Source: Gemmatimonadota bacterium (lineage in GTDB: Bacteria; Gemmatimonadota; Gemmatimonadetes; Gemmatimonadales; GWC2-71-9). From it: DNA of 64,000 bases. The DNA is taken from the NCBI GenBank assembly GCA_031382385.1, contig JANMYS010000037.1:20567-84566 (forward strand), in the 5' to 3' direction. Every line of letters begins with the position of its first letter. The first letter of the stretch is position 1. This document shows positions 48,064 to 61,095 of the stretch, in pieces. The notes below the pieces were generated by a model that worked only from the letters and a program-made list of their open reading frames with translations, had not been told where the DNA came from and made no database searches. The position numbers were made by a program, and so were the translations under genes.

Positions 48064-48973
48064 GGGCGGTCCCTCGGCGCACGAGGAGGAAGGGGACAGC
48101 CGCCCCCAGCTCCGTGATGGTGAGCAAAACGCGTGAGGCGATCGCGAGGGCGGTCGCGGCTCCGAGTCCAATGGAGTCCTGCAGCATGAGAACGAGCAAT
48201 CCTTCGCGAATGAGGAGCCCACCAGGGGCGAACAGCGCGAGCAATCCGGCCACATACGACGCGGCGAAACCAGCGATGGCCGCTCCCGGGGCCAACTGCG
48301 GATCGGGTAACACCGCCCGCGCGAGCAGCCAGAGGGCGGTGCCGTAGCCGAGCCAGGCGATCACGTTGGCCAGCACGCCGAGCAGCAGCGGGCCGGTGCG
48401 CGGGCTGGGAGTGTCGGCGCCCAGCCGGGCCAGCGCGAGCAGCCGCTTGGTGACGGGCGGGTACAGCAGCAGCCCGACACCGGCGACCGAGGCGATCCCA
48501 GCCAGCCAGAGGAGCGGCACGAGCGCCGGCGTCCGCACTCCCAGCACGCTCGCGCCGAACAGCGCTGCCACAGCCGCCCCGGTTCCGACGGCGAGTGCCT
48601 GCAGAATAATCGCGGAGGCGGTGGCGGCCCACGGGGCGATACCCGCGTCCCGCGCCATCAGCGCCATGCCAGCTACCGCCCAGACCTTCCCGGGGACGTA
48701 CTTGCCGAGGCTCGAGACGATCCAGATCCGGGCCGCCTGCATCGGCGGAAGGTGGCCCCCCCAGCCGGCAAGCATGCGGCGCCAGGCCTCGATGAGCATC
48801 GCATACATGAGCCAGACGACGACGATGCTGCCAATGGCGGGCAGGGGCCGGAAGGTCCAGGCGATCGGCTGGCTCTGGAGCTCCTGCCAGTTGCGGGAGA
48901 AGCTCCGGACGATGAACGCCAGGATCAGGAGGCCGAGCACCCACCGGCCCACGCGGATCAATCGCTCAGGCAC
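48053..48973 (-). CDS. Lysylphosphatidylglycerol synthase TM / flippase-like protein
   Basis: LGKYVPGKVW and PGGLLIREG motifs; multipass. Confidence 0.78.
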   Translation of the reverse strand: MPERLIRVGRWVLGLLILAFIVRSFSRNWQELQSQPIAWTFRPLPAIGSIVVVWLMYAMLIEAWRRMLAGWGGHLPPMQAARIWIVSSLGKYVPGKVWAVAGMALMARDAGIAPWAATASAIILQALAVGTGAAVAALFGASVLGVRTPALVPLLWLAGIASVAGVGLLLYPPVTKRLLALARLGADTPSPRTGPLLLGVLANVIAWLGYGTALWLLARAVLPDPQLAPGAAIAGFAASYVAGLLALFAPGGLLIREGLLVLMLQDSIGLGAATALAIASRVLLTITELGAAVPFLLVRRGTARAG

Positions 48974-50108
48974 CCAGCGCCTCGCGATACCACCGCTCGC
49001 AGGTCTCGGCGACAGCTGCGGGGCTCAGCAGCTCACGCCACCGCTGGCCCTCGAGAGTGGCCAGGGCTCGCGCACCGGCGAAGTGGAGCAGTTCGTTGGC
49101 AGCACGGGCGATGGCAGCGGGCACCGGCGCGGTCACCCGCCCTGCCCCGTCCCATGGTACGACTTCCAGCACTCCTCCCCCGTCCTCGCAGGCAACGACC
49201 GGAACACCGCACATCAGCGCTTCCGCGGCCGCGAGACCGAATCCCTCATGGTGGGCGGGAAACAGGGCCAGGTCCGCCCGCGCCAGCAGCTGCGCCACCG
49301 TGGCGGGAGGCAGGGCCCCACGAAAACTCACGGCCTCCGCGATGCCGAGGGTGCGGGCGAGCGCTTCGAGCGCAGGCCGTTCGGGGCCATCCCCGATGAT
49401 CGTGAGGATCCGTGGTGGCCCCATCCGGCGCAGTTCCGCCAGCGCTGCGATCGCGAGATCCACCCGCTTCTGGGCGGTCAGGCGGGCAACAACGATCAGC
49501 CCGTTCCCGCCCCGTCCGGCGACGAAGCGATCCGTCTGCACCGGCATCGGCTGCCGGTGGGCCGCATCCACGGCGCGACCCGTGGTTCGGGTGATGATCT
49601 CGCCGGCTCGCAAGGACACAGCGGTGACCACCCGGGCTCGGCGGAACAGCGGGCGCGCCAGCAGGCGGGCGATGGCCACCCGCTCGAGCAGCATTGCATC
49701 GGTGCCGTGGACCGTGATGACGAGCGGGGCTTTCGGCGGCGCGGCGAGCCCACCGGGAATCCACCAGTGGGCGTGAATCAGGTCCGCGCCGTCACGCAGC
49801 TCCTGCTGCGCGGCGGCGCGCATCGCGCGGCCCAGGGCGAAGGCGGTAATGGCCCCGGCCGGCGTCTTCGCCGCGTCGGCCATCGTGCCCCGATAGGCCA
49901 GTGTCTCCCGCTCGGCGGAGGCATACCGCACCCGCCGCACCGGGACGTCGTCGAGTTCCGACTCACCCACCATTCCCTGGTCGCTTGGCGCGATGACTCG
50001 CACGTCCGTCCCGCGCGCCCGCAGCGCGACGGCGAGCGTCGCGAGGAAGCTTCCCGATACGTCCCCGGCAAATCGGGGATAGTTATGGGTGAGAAAGACG
50101 ACCCGCAG
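48966..50108 (-). CDS. Glycosyltransferase family 4 (probable CTG start)
   Basis: LRVVFLTHNYPRF...G.F N-terminus, HAHWW, TVHGTD, EGFGLAAAEALMCG. Confidence 0.85.
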   Translation of the reverse strand: MRVVFLTHNYPRFAGDVSGSFLATLAVALRARGTDVRVIAPSDQGMVGESELDDVPVRRVRYASAERETLAYRGTMADAAKTPAGAITAFALGRAMRAAAQQELRDGADLIHAHWWIPGGLAAPPKAPLVITVHGTDAMLLERVAIARLLARPLFRRARVVTAVSLRAGEIITRTTGRAVDAAHRQPMPVQTDRFVAGRGGNGLIVVARLTAQKRVDLAIAALAELRRMGPPRILTIIGDGPERPALEALARTLGIAEAVSFRGALPPATVAQLLARADLALFPAHHEGFGLAAAEALMCGVPVVACEDGGGVLEVVPWDGAGRVTAPVPAAIARAANELLHFAGARALATLEGQRWRELLSPAAVAETCERWYREALGA

Positions 50109-50145
50109 AGTCGGAGCCTCGAGTACAAGGGTATGAAGAGCGACG

Positions 50146-51114
50146 CTACTGAACCACGGTCACGAAGCCGCCTTCGTTGGTGATCACCGCGGCTTGCCCG
50201 GTCCGATCGAAGGCCACATTGCGGGTCGTTCCGCCTACGGTCAGCACCGTGTCAACGCTGCGTCCGATCCGATCCACGATGGTAATCAGGCCCCCTGGGC
50301 CACTGGTGACGTACGCCTTCTGGCCGTCGGGGCTGAGTCCCAGACCGTAGGCGGTGGCCAGCAGGGTCGTATCGCGAAGTCCGGTGGCGAGCTTCCAGAT
50401 TTCCAGACCACTGTTTTCGTTGGCGACCAGGAGCTCGCTGCCATCGGGGGAAACTGCGAGGCGCTGTGGTGCACCGCCGGTGTTGAAGGTCCGCAGGACC
50501 GCGTGGCTGGGCACGTCCACCTCGGACACTGTGCCGCCATCCCGGGAGCTGATGTAGATCCGGTCCAGCTTGGGGTGCCGGGCGAAGCCGTTGACCGCGG
50601 GCCCCAATTGAACGGTGTCAGTGATCTGGTTGGTGCTGGCGGACACGGTGTAGACGAATCCCACGTCGGTTGAAACGAAAATCTGGGAGCCGTTGCGCGA
50701 GGTGATCAGGTTGAAGCCGTCGTGACCCAGCGGGACGGTCGTGATGACGGTGCGGGTGGCGACATCGATGACCGCCATCCCCTGACCGGACTGCTTGGTG
50801 ACGTACGCTCGAGTACCCGCCGGGTTGAATACGATGTGGGGCGCTTCCGTTCCCAGCACAATCGGATTTCCCACGGTGAAACTGTCGACCGGCAGCGCGT
50901 TGTCGATGACCACGGTCCCACCCAGGCCCGAGACCCAGGCCTCTCCCGCCTTGCTGACGGCGATTCCGTATGGTGCGGTGCCAGCCGGCACGCTGGTGAC
51001 CACCGCCACGGTGGGGTGGGTGTAGTTCGTCCCGGGGCCGCTGTTGCCATCGCAGGCGGTGGCCAGCGCCAGCGGCAGGAGGCAATAAACGAGGCGGGGA
51101 TGACGGCGCTGCAT
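50146..51114 (-). CDS. YncE/YVTN beta-propeller lipoprotein 2
   Basis: Lipobox LATA-C; repeats P.GIAV, AYVT, VAFD; the true start is the internal ATG of the 693-aa track ORF. Confidence 0.82.
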   Translation of the reverse strand: MQRRHPRLVYCLLPLALATACDGNSGPGTNYTHPTVAVVTSVPAGTAPYGIAVSKAGEAWVSGLGGTVVIDNALPVDSFTVGNPIVLGTEAPHIVFNPAGTRAYVTKQSGQGMAVIDVATRTVITTVPLGHDGFNLITSRNGSQIFVSTDVGFVYTVSASTNQITDTVQLGPAVNGFARHPKLDRIYISSRDGGTVSEVDVPSHAVLRTFNTGGAPQRLAVSPDGSELLVANENSGLEIWKLATGLRDTTLLATAYGLGLSPDGQKAYVTSGPGGLITIVDRIGRSVDTVLTVGGTTRNVAFDRTGQAAVITNEGGFVTVVQ

Positions 51115-51191
51115 GGCGGCTCCTTTACGAAAGGCAAAGCCGGACGCGCGGCATGAAGCCTCGGCCCAGCGGGATGTGAGGGGCTGCTGCA

Positions 51192-52196
51192 CTACCGGAT
51201 CCACGTCACGTAGCCCGACTGATTGCTGACCACCGCCCGCTTGCCGTTGGGCGTGAAGGCGATATTCCGCGGGATTCCCCCCACACTGAGTGTCGCATCG
51301 ATCATCCGGCTGGCGCGATCGACGATGGTCACCGTTCCGGTGAGCGCGCCACTCAGGTAGATCTTGTTGCCGTCCGGGCTCAGGCCGAGGCCGTAGGCGT
51401 CCATCGGAATCGTGGTGATCCGGCTCCGGGTGGAGAGGTTCCAGATGTCGAGACCGAACGATTCGTTGGCGATATACAGCTCGTTCACCGTCGTGTTGAT
51501 TGCCATGCGTTGCGGCACGCCGCCGGTATTCAGCACCCCGACTACCCTGCGCGTACCGGTGTTGTACAGCGTCACCGTCCCGCTCAGGAGCGAGCTGATA
51601 TAGAGGCTCTTGCCTCGACCAAAGGCCAGCCCGTTGTTCGCCGGATCGATGTCGAAGGAGTCGGCGAAAGCACCGGTCGGGATGTTGATCAGGTAAACGC
51701 GACCGATATTGGTGGTGATGTAGGCGACGGCATTGTCGGGCTGGACGGCAACGTTGTAACCCTCGCCCGCCAGCGGCAATTGGCTGATCTCGGTATTGGT
51801 GAGCAAGTTGACGATGCTGACCGAGTGGCCGCCCTGGTTGGGCACATAGGCGCGGGTCTCGGAGGTGTCGATTGCCACGTGGGGCGGAGCGAAGCCGACC
51901 GGAATGCTGGTCGTGAATGTCCGGTTGGGCAGATTGGCCCGGGGCACACTGCTGCCACCGATATCGGTGGTCAGCAGGATCTTGCCGCTCTTGGAGATGG
52001 CAACACCGTAGGGGACGCCACTCACCGGGATGATGGTGTCGATGATCCCGGCAGGATGTGACGGCACCACCACAGCCGACCGGTCGGTCCCGGGTGTCGG
52101 GGCGGTAGGCTGCGGTGCCGTGTCCGGACCGCATGCAGCAATCGCCAGCACCACGAGGGCGACTGAGGCGCGCAGGTGGATTCGGTTCCGGAGCAT
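51192..52196 (-). CDS. YncE/YVTN beta-propeller lipoprotein 1
   Basis: Lipobox IAA-C, Pro/Thr linker, PYGVAIS, AYVPN, PRNIAFTP; GGAGG RBS. Confidence 0.85.
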   Translation of the reverse strand: MLRNRIHLRASVALVVLAIAACGPDTAPQPTAPTPGTDRSAVVVPSHPAGIIDTIIPVSGVPYGVAISKSGKILLTTDIGGSSVPRANLPNRTFTTSIPVGFAPPHVAIDTSETRAYVPNQGGHSVSIVNLLTNTEISQLPLAGEGYNVAVQPDNAVAYITTNIGRVYLINIPTGAFADSFDIDPANNGLAFGRGKSLYISSLLSGTVTLYNTGTRRVVGVLNTGGVPQRMAINTTVNELYIANESFGLDIWNLSTRSRITTIPMDAYGLGLSPDGNKIYLSGALTGTVTIVDRASRMIDATLSVGGIPRNIAFTPNGKRAVVSNQSGYVTWIR

Positions 52197-52244
52197 GTGA
52201 TCCTCCATGTGTGTGGAACACCAACACCGCTGGGACACCTCCAA

Positions 52245-53210
52245 CTACTCTTCTCCTCCATGCTCCTGGCGCTGGAGCAACCGGTGCACCTCACGCTGTT
52301 CCTCCCGGAGTCCCGCGATGATCTCGCCGAGGAAGCCGAAGCCGAACAGCACGATGCCGGAGATGACCATCGTCTCGACCAGATTGAGCAGCGGCCGGAA
52401 GCCGGTCGAGAACCCCTCGAGTCCGATCAGATAGCCGAAGCGCAGGATCAGCCCCGCGACTCCCGCCAGAAAGCCGACCACGAACAGCACTGCACCGGCG
52501 ACACCGAAGAAGAGCATCGGTTTGCGGCCAAAGCGCAGCTGGAACCAGACCGAAAGCAGATCGAGGACGCCGACCGGGATGCGGGTCCAGGTGAACTTCG
52601 AGGTCCCCGCCTGCCGGGGATAAAGTGGCACGGGCCGCGAGGTGACCCGGAAGCCATCGACCGCGGCCACGACGACGAAGAACCGGTGCCAGTCGGGCCG
52701 GAGCGGCTGGCCGATCATCACTTCTCGACGATAGGCCTTCACCGAGTTGAGATCGGTGACGGTGACGCCAAACAGCCAGCGGCAGAGGGTGTTATAGACG
52801 GTGGAGACGAAGGCCTTCTCGTACCTGCCCTGCTTGGTGCCGGTGACGATATCGGCTTCGTTGGCGAGGATCGGCGCGACCAGCGCGGGGATATCCTCGG
52901 GGCGATACTGCAGGTCGGCGGGATAGAAGACGAAGATGTCGCCGCGGGCGACGTCGCCGGCGGAGCGGAGCGCATCGGCGATACCGCGCTGGCGCCGGTG
53001 GGTGACGACGCGGAGGAACGAGTGGGTGGCGGCGAGGCTGGCGAGCACCGCACCGGTATCGTCCCTGGAGCCGTCGTTGACGATCACGACCTCGAAACTG
53101 AACGGCGCCGCGCCGAGCGCGACGGCGCACTGGCGGACGAACTCGGCGAGATTGAGCGCCTCGTCCTTGGCCGGAACCAGGACGCTCACCTGGACCGGAG
53201 ACGGCGTCAT
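52245..53210 (-). CDS. Glycosyltransferase family 2 (ArnC/GtrB-like, two C-terminal TM helices)
   Basis: VPAKDE, VNDGSRD, ADLQY.PEDIP, R.AG.SKF. Confidence 0.88.
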   Translation of the reverse strand: MTPSPVQVSVLVPAKDEALNLAEFVRQCAVALGAAPFSFEVVIVNDGSRDDTGAVLASLAATHSFLRVVTHRRQRGIADALRSAGDVARGDIFVFYPADLQYRPEDIPALVAPILANEADIVTGTKQGRYEKAFVSTVYNTLCRWLFGVTVTDLNSVKAYRREVMIGQPLRPDWHRFFVVVAAVDGFRVTSRPVPLYPRQAGTSKFTWTRIPVGVLDLLSVWFQLRFGRKPMLFFGVAGAVLFVVGFLAGVAGLILRFGYLIGLEGFSTGFRPLLNLVETMVISGIVLFGFGFLGEIIAGLREEQREVHRLLQRQEHGGEE

Positions 53211-54865
53211 ACCCGCTTGCGCATGCGGGCCGGCAGGATGCCGAGCTGGTCGCGATACTTGGCCACGGTGCGCCGGGCGATCTTGATGCCCTGCTCCTGA
53301 AAGAGATGCACGATCTGCTGGTCGGTGAGCGGATCGCCGGTGTCTTCCTCCCCGACCATCTTCTGCAGCTTGGCCCGGATCGACCGGGCACTGGCATCCT
53401 CGCCGGACGAGGTGGAGAGTGCGCTGGAGAAGAAGAACTTGAGGGGCAGCACCCCGCGCGGGGTCTGGACGAACTTCTCGTTGGTGACCCGGCTGACGGT
53501 TGATTCGTGCATGCTGATCACCTCGGCGACTTCCCGCAGCGTCAGCGGCTTGAGGTACTCGATGCCCTTCTCGAAGTACTCCCGCTGCCGGTCCACGATG
53601 AAGTTCATGACCTTGAGCATCGTCTGGCGGCGCTGCTCGATCGCCTGGATGAGCCAGTTGGCGCTGTTCATCCGCGAGGCGATGAACTCGCGATGCTCGG
53701 TGGTGAACTTCTTCTTGTCGCGCGCGATCGACTGATAGGTGCGGCTCAGGCGGAGCCGGGGCACGCCGGTATCATTGAGGAAGACGCGATAGGCCCCGTC
53801 GATCTTGTCGACGATGAGGTCCGGGATCACGTAGCCCTCGCCTCCGGCCGAATGCTTGAGGCCCGGCTTGGGATCGAGGCGGGACAGCAGATCTGCCGCC
53901 GCCTGCACCGCCGCCGGTTCCACACCGAAGCGACGGCCGAGGTCGTTCCAGCGGTGGGCGATCAGGTCGGGGAAGGCATCCCGGACCAGCCGGCAGGTGA
54001 GCGATTCCGTGTCCTTGCCGGCCGCCAGCTGGATGAGGAGACATTCCCGCAGGTCGCGCGCGGCGACACCGGGGGGATCGAGTCGCTGCAGGATCTGCAG
54101 CATCTCCTCGGCTTCCTTGAGCGTGAAGTACGGCACATCCGCCCGTCCGCCGACCGGCGCGGGCAGGGCGAGCGTCTGCGGCACCGGTTCCGCCGCAGGT
54201 TCGACGAAGACACTTCCCGCCACGCTCTCCGCATCGGTGAGGAACCCGGTCACGACCGGAGCGACCATCAGGTCATCCGGCGGCGTCAGGCCCTCGGCTG
54301 CGAGACCGAGCTCATCCTCCTCTTCCTCCCGCCGCAGGTCGGATTCGCGCCGGATCGCGTGACCCTCGAGCATGCGATTGACCTGGTCCACGACCTCCTG
54401 GAGGGTGGAGGCGAGGTAGCCGTCCTCCTTCAGATTGCCGAGGAACTCCTCCGACAGCAGCTTTTGGCGGGGGGTGAGGTCGAGCAGCATCAGCTGCTCA
54501 CGCAGGTAGTCGATCAGATTCGGGGTTTCGACCGTGACCGGCTCGATGTACTCCTTTTCCTCGAACTCCTCGCGCGCCCCGCCCGGGACGTCGAAGCCGT
54601 TCAGCAGGATCTCTTCCCAGTCGGTCTCGTTCTCCTCCTTGACCTTCTCCTTCTCCTCTTCCTTGGTCGGCGTCGCGTCGCCGGCGGTGACGTCTTCCTC
54701 CTCGGGATCGATCAGGTCGAGGAAGGGATTGGTGAGGAGTTCCTGCTTGAGGTGCTGCTGCAGGTCCATCATGGGCATGTACAGCATGTCCATGGCCTGG
54801 TACAGCCGCGGATTGATCCGCAGGTCCTGCCGCAAGGACTGGTGCTGCGAGAGTCCGGTTTTCAT
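53207..54865 (-). CDS. rpoN: RNA polymerase sigma-54 factor
   Basis: [26 protein letters not shown]...[16 protein letters not shown] RpoN box. Confidence 0.97.
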   Translation of the reverse strand: MKTGLSQHQSLRQDLRINPRLYQAMDMLYMPMMDLQQHLKQELLTNPFLDLIDPEEEDVTAGDATPTKEEEKEKVKEENETDWEEILLNGFDVPGGAREEFEEKEYIEPVTVETPNLIDYLREQLMLLDLTPRQKLLSEEFLGNLKEDGYLASTLQEVVDQVNRMLEGHAIRRESDLRREEEEDELGLAAEGLTPPDDLMVAPVVTGFLTDAESVAGSVFVEPAAEPVPQTLALPAPVGGRADVPYFTLKEAEEMLQILQRLDPPGVAARDLRECLLIQLAAGKDTESLTCRLVRDAFPDLIAHRWNDLGRRFGVEPAAVQAAADLLSRLDPKPGLKHSAGGEGYVIPDLIVDKIDGAYRVFLNDTGVPRLRLSRTYQSIARDKKKFTTEHREFIASRMNSANWLIQAIEQRRQTMLKVMNFIVDRQREYFEKGIEYLKPLTLREVAEVISMHESTVSRVTNEKFVQTPRGVLPLKFFFSSALSTSSGEDASARSIRAKLQKMVGEEDTGDPLTDQQIVHLFQEQGIKIARRTVAKYRDQLGILPARMRKRV

Positions 54866-56028
54866 GCGACGCGGTCCAGGCGGGCCCGCAGGCGGGCAGT
54901 CAGCGTGGGCCCGAGGTACATCTGGGCGACGCGGTCATCATACACGAGATCACGGACCGGGCCGGCCACCTGCACCTTGCCCTCGAACATGATGTAGGCG
55001 CGATCGACGATATCGAGCGTCTGCTCGACGTTGTGGTCGGTGATCAGGACGCCGATCCCCCGGTGACGCAGACCCGCCACGATCGTCTGGATGTCGTTGA
55101 CCGCGATGGGGTCGACCCCGGCGAAGGGCTCGTCCAGCAGCATGAACTTGGGATTGGTCACCAGGGCACGGGTGATCTCCAGGCGGCGGCGCTCACCGCC
55201 GGAGAGGGAATAGGCCTTGTTCTTCCGCAGGTGCTTGATCGACAGTTCGTCCAGCAGGACCTCCAGCCGGGAGCGGCGTTCGTCGCGCGACAGTTTCATG
55301 GTCTCGAGGATGGCCATGATATTCTCCTCGACCGTCATCTTGCGAAAGACGCTTGGCTCCTGCGCCAGGTAGCCGATACCGGCCCGCGCACGACGGTACA
55401 TCGGCGCCTTGGTGAGATCTCTCCCGTCCAGCGTCACCTGACCCGCATCGGGCCGGATCAGGCCAGTGATCAGGTAGAAGGTGGTCGTCTTGCCGGCGCC
55501 GTTGGGGCCGAGCAGGCCGACGATCTCCCCCTGCTCCACCTTCACACTGACGTCGTCGACCACCCGCCGGCGCTTGAAGCTCTTGCTGAGGCCATGCCCC
55601 TCCAGCACGCTGCCGCCGGCAATCGGCCCGGCGCGGAGCTGCCCGGCGCTGGCCCGTCGCTGCAGCCCGCGTTCGGCGGCAGCGAGGAGATGCGCCCGGG
55701 CCGTCACCCGGTCGGAACGGACCTGTTCCCACCACGGTCCGACCGCCTGGATCCGATGCCACTCGTCGCCCGACGCCGGCGCAATCCACCCCTCATCCGC
55801 GAGGCGAGGGAGAACCGAGCGGGTCAGGTTTTCATGCACCTCATCGCTGGACAGCTCCACGGCATCCGGTTCGTGTGCACCACGGGCGGCGACGACCGTC
55901 TCGCGGTATGAGGCGCCTAACGTCGGCAGATCGAGCCCGCCATCATCGGCCGCGTCCCGCACCATCGCGGCGAGCGCCAGCGGCACGGAGGGGTCCCGAT
56001 CGGCGAGACGGCTGATGAAATCGTTCAC
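54862..56028 (-). CDS. lptB: LPS export ATPase LptB with ~140-aa N-terminal extension
   Basis: [47 protein letters not shown]. Confidence 0.92.
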   Translation of the reverse strand: MNDFISRLADRDPSVPLALAAMVRDAADDGGLDLPTLGASYRETVVAARGAHEPDAVELSSDEVHENLTRSVLPRLADEGWIAPASGDEWHRIQAVGPWWEQVRSDRVTARAHLLAAAERGLQRRASAGQLRAGPIAGGSVLEGHGLSKSFKRRRVVDDVSVKVEQGEIVGLLGPNGAGKTTTFYLITGLIRPDAGQVTLDGRDLTKAPMYRRARAGIGYLAQEPSVFRKMTVEENIMAILETMKLSRDERRSRLEVLLDELSIKHLRKNKAYSLSGGERRRLEITRALVTNPKFMLLDEPFAGVDPIAVNDIQTIVAGLRHRGIGVLITDHNVEQTLDIVDRAYIMFEGKVQVAGPVRDLVYDDRVAQMYLGPTLTARLRARLDRVA

Positions 56029-57386
56029 CGCGCCGCCTGCTTCGGGGGGGAGGCGGTGATCGTCGAATCGGGGGCGACAACCGGGGTCGGTTCGAGGTGC
56101 ACGCCATCCACGTTGCCGCGGATATCCACCTGGTCCACCCCGCGCCGGCCACCCGGCTTCATCGCGATCCTGATGCGGTCCCCCCGCGAATAGTTGATGG
56201 ACGGCAACGCATCCGTGCGCCGGTCGCTCACCCGGTACCAGGAGTGCGCGCTCCCGGTCGCGGTGAGGTCGGCGAGTGTGGTGCGGGCGATACCGGCCGA
56301 ATCGGTGGTGGCGAAACGGGCCACGACGGTGTCGCCCTTCATCCAGTCGCGGTCGCCGTTCGCGCTGTCCACCACTCCGCCGACCCAGGCATGCGCGAAC
56401 GACCGCACCTCACGCAGTCGGCGGGCCGGGGTATCGAAGGCCAGCGAGTCTCCCCGAATCTCGTATTCGGCGGTCAGCGCCCTTGGAAGAGTGCTGTCGC
56501 CCCACGCCAGCGTCTGGATGAGTTGGTTCTGCTCCAGGTCCAGGCCGATCGTGTCCGCAACCAGATCGACATCGGCGGTCACCGCATGGCCGTCCTGCAG
56601 CGCCTTCACGTAGGTCAGGACGTTTCGCTCGAGGGTGAGGTCAATGCGCCGGCCCTTGAGGGAGAACGAGTCCCGGCCCAAGCCGCGCATCTCCGGATGG
56701 CCGATCAGGCTGCCGCTGCCAGTGGCGCCGGTGTTGAGCACCAAAGAGTCGCCACGCGCGGCGAAGTCGCTCCGATCCACCGTGGTGTTGCCGCCGGCCC
56801 AGACCCGGTCATTGCCCTTCATCCGCACCCGGTCCGCGACGATGATGTACGGCTCGCCGCGTCCCCCGGCGGAATCTTCCGTGGCGTACCGAATGGTCGG
56901 GCGATTGACCGCATAGAGCTCGAGGGTATCCCGTACCCCGGGCAGCAGCCGGAAATAGTCCAGCGACGGGCCGATGATCGTCGAACCGTTATGCAGATTC
57001 TCGGTGTTGACGTTGCCGCGCGCTTCCCAGCGTTCGCCGGCGCGGAAGTAGGTACCGAGGTTCGAGGTCTGGATCGTGAGCGAGTCCTCGTACTTCACGT
57101 GCCCGATGAACTGGGTGAGGGTATTCGGTCCGCGGGCGAAACTCGCGATGCTGTCGCTGGCGATGCGGGCGCTGCCGTCGGCGCAAGCCAGCCGGACACC
57201 GCCACCGGCGTAGTAGGCGGTGTCGACTCCAAGGATGACCTGCCGGCCTTCGCGACCAACGAACTCGAGCCGGAACCTGCACTGACTGCCTGCACGCCCG
57301 GGCGCAGCGGGACGCTGCTGGGACTCGGCAGGGGCCATTCCCAGCGCGGCGAGGGCAAGCAGCAGCACTCCGGCTCGCACAATCAT
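56025..57386 (-). CDS. OstA/LptA-like beta-jellyroll periplasmic protein
   Basis: Signal peptide; repeated A.GNV, ADTI and GDSL strands; lies between lptC and lptB. Confidence 0.75.
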   Translation of the reverse strand: MIVRAGVLLLALAALGMAPAESQQRPAAPGRAGSQCRFRLEFVGREGRQVILGVDTAYYAGGGVRLACADGSARIASDSIASFARGPNTLTQFIGHVKYEDSLTIQTSNLGTYFRAGERWEARGNVNTENLHNGSTIIGPSLDYFRLLPGVRDTLELYAVNRPTIRYATEDSAGGRGEPYIIVADRVRMKGNDRVWAGGNTTVDRSDFAARGDSLVLNTGATGSGSLIGHPEMRGLGRDSFSLKGRRIDLTLERNVLTYVKALQDGHAVTADVDLVADTIGLDLEQNQLIQTLAWGDSTLPRALTAEYEIRGDSLAFDTPARRLREVRSFAHAWVGGVVDSANGDRDWMKGDTVVARFATTDSAGIARTTLADLTATGSAHSWYRVSDRRTDALPSINYSRGDRIRIAMKPGGRRGVDQVDIRGNVDGVHLEPTPVVAPDSTITASPPKQAAR

Positions 57387-58039
57387 TGGCCCGGCAGCAG
57401 TCCGCCGACGCCGCCCCCTCCCTGCTGGCCTCCGCGCGGCTGCCGGGTGACGACGTTGCGGAAGTCCGGGTCGCTGGTGAAGCCGTTCCCTTCCAGGTGC
57501 TGATCGGCCTTGTCGTAGATGAACGGCTTGTCGGACGAGATCTGCTGGGTCCGGGCGTCGTAGCGCAGCTCGGCACTGCGCAGTTTCCGGCCATCGGGCG
57601 TCACCGCGACGACGTGGCCCCACGCGCTCATCGAGCCGTCGCGCATCTGGTAGGTGCCGGAATCGGCGGTGATCGTGGACGTTTCGATGCCGCTGGTGTT
57701 GAAGAAGGTGCTCTTGACCACCTTCAGCCGGGCCAGCTGCGTCGCCTCATAGAGGTAGGCGGTGTCGGCGACCACCTTGGTGCGGCGCACCCCGTCGTTG
57801 GTAATGAGATGCTCCATCCCCTCGAGCACCTGATCGGCGGAGTCGGCGGCGGTGACGGTCATGGTGGGGCGGACCGCCTCGTCCTTGCAGGCCGGGAGGG
57901 TGCTCAGGCAGAAGCTCAGAAGACAGCAGGCGGTTAGGCGAGTAGGCGGTTGGCGGCGCGGGGCAGCCATACAGGATGCGCTGCGCACCCTAGGCAGAAC
58001 CGCCCAACCGCCCAACCGCCTTTCCGCCTTACCGTCCAT
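57383..58039 (-). CDS. lptC: LPS export protein LptC
   Basis: ITADSG.Y, G.V......G.KL.S.EL.YD, I.SDK..G.GF.SD; start uncertain. Confidence 0.8.
   Translation of the reverse strand: MDGKAERRLGGWAVLPRVRSASCMAAPRRQPPTRLTACCLLSFCLSTLPACKDEAVRPTMTVTAADSADQVLEGMEHLITNDGVRRTKVVADTAYLYEATQLARLKVVKSTFFNTSGIETSTITADSGTYQMRDGSMSAWGHVVAVTPDGRKLRSAELRYDARTQQISSDKPFIYDKADQHLEGNGFTSDPDFRNVVTRQPRGGQQGGGGVGGLLPGQ
57928..58037. repeat. Inverted array of 8-mers: (AGGCGGTT)x3 facing (AACCGCCY)x3-5
   Basis: aggcggtt aggcgagt aggcggtt at 57928-57951; aaccgccc aaccgccc aaccgcct ttccgcct taccgtcc at 57998-58037. Confidence 0.8.
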
Positions 58040-58585
58040 CGATCGTTTCTCCCCGGTCTGCGAGATACACCCGCACCGCCTCGTCCCACCGTCCCTGTGC
58101 CCGCAGCAGCGCCTCGATCGTCTCACGCACCGCACCGCTGCCGCCCGGCGCCGAGGAAACCCACGCGGCTGCGGCCTTCACTTCCGGCACCGCATTCGCC
58201 ACCGCGAGCGGCAGCCCGACGCGGCGGAGCACCGGCAGGTCGGCGAGATCATCGCCGAGAAAGGCGACCTCCTCCCAGCCGATCCCGCGCCGCAGCAGCA
58301 TCTCGGTCATCGCCGGCACCTTCCGCGCACCGGGGTCCTGGATCATCTCGTCGATGCGCAGCTCGACGCCGCGCAGCGTGGTCGCATCCGAGTATCGGCC
58401 GCTCACCCAGGCGAGGATCAGCCCCATCCGCCGCGCCAGCCCCATGCCGAGGCCATCCTGGATGTCGAACTGCTTGAACTCCACCCGCTGGTCATTCACC
58501 AGGCCCAGGTAGACCGAGTTGTTGGTCAGGACACCATCGACGTCCAGGCCCAGCAGCTTGATGCGACTGGCGACGGCGGGGTCGA

Positions 58586-58589
<4 letters not shown>
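58029..58589 (-). CDS. kdsC: KDO 8-phosphate phosphatase (HAD)
   Basis: LDVDGVLT, F...DG.G, GDDLADL, GGSGAVRE. Confidence 0.93.

Positions 58590-61095
<2,506 letters not shown>

Noticed and set aside
50146-52227. 693-aa ORF suggesting one fused or frameshifted protein
   Set aside because: The first 371 codons are an off-frame reading of lipoprotein 1 and the spacer. The real gene starts at ATG 51114 with its own RBS and lipobox, and I saw no slippery site.
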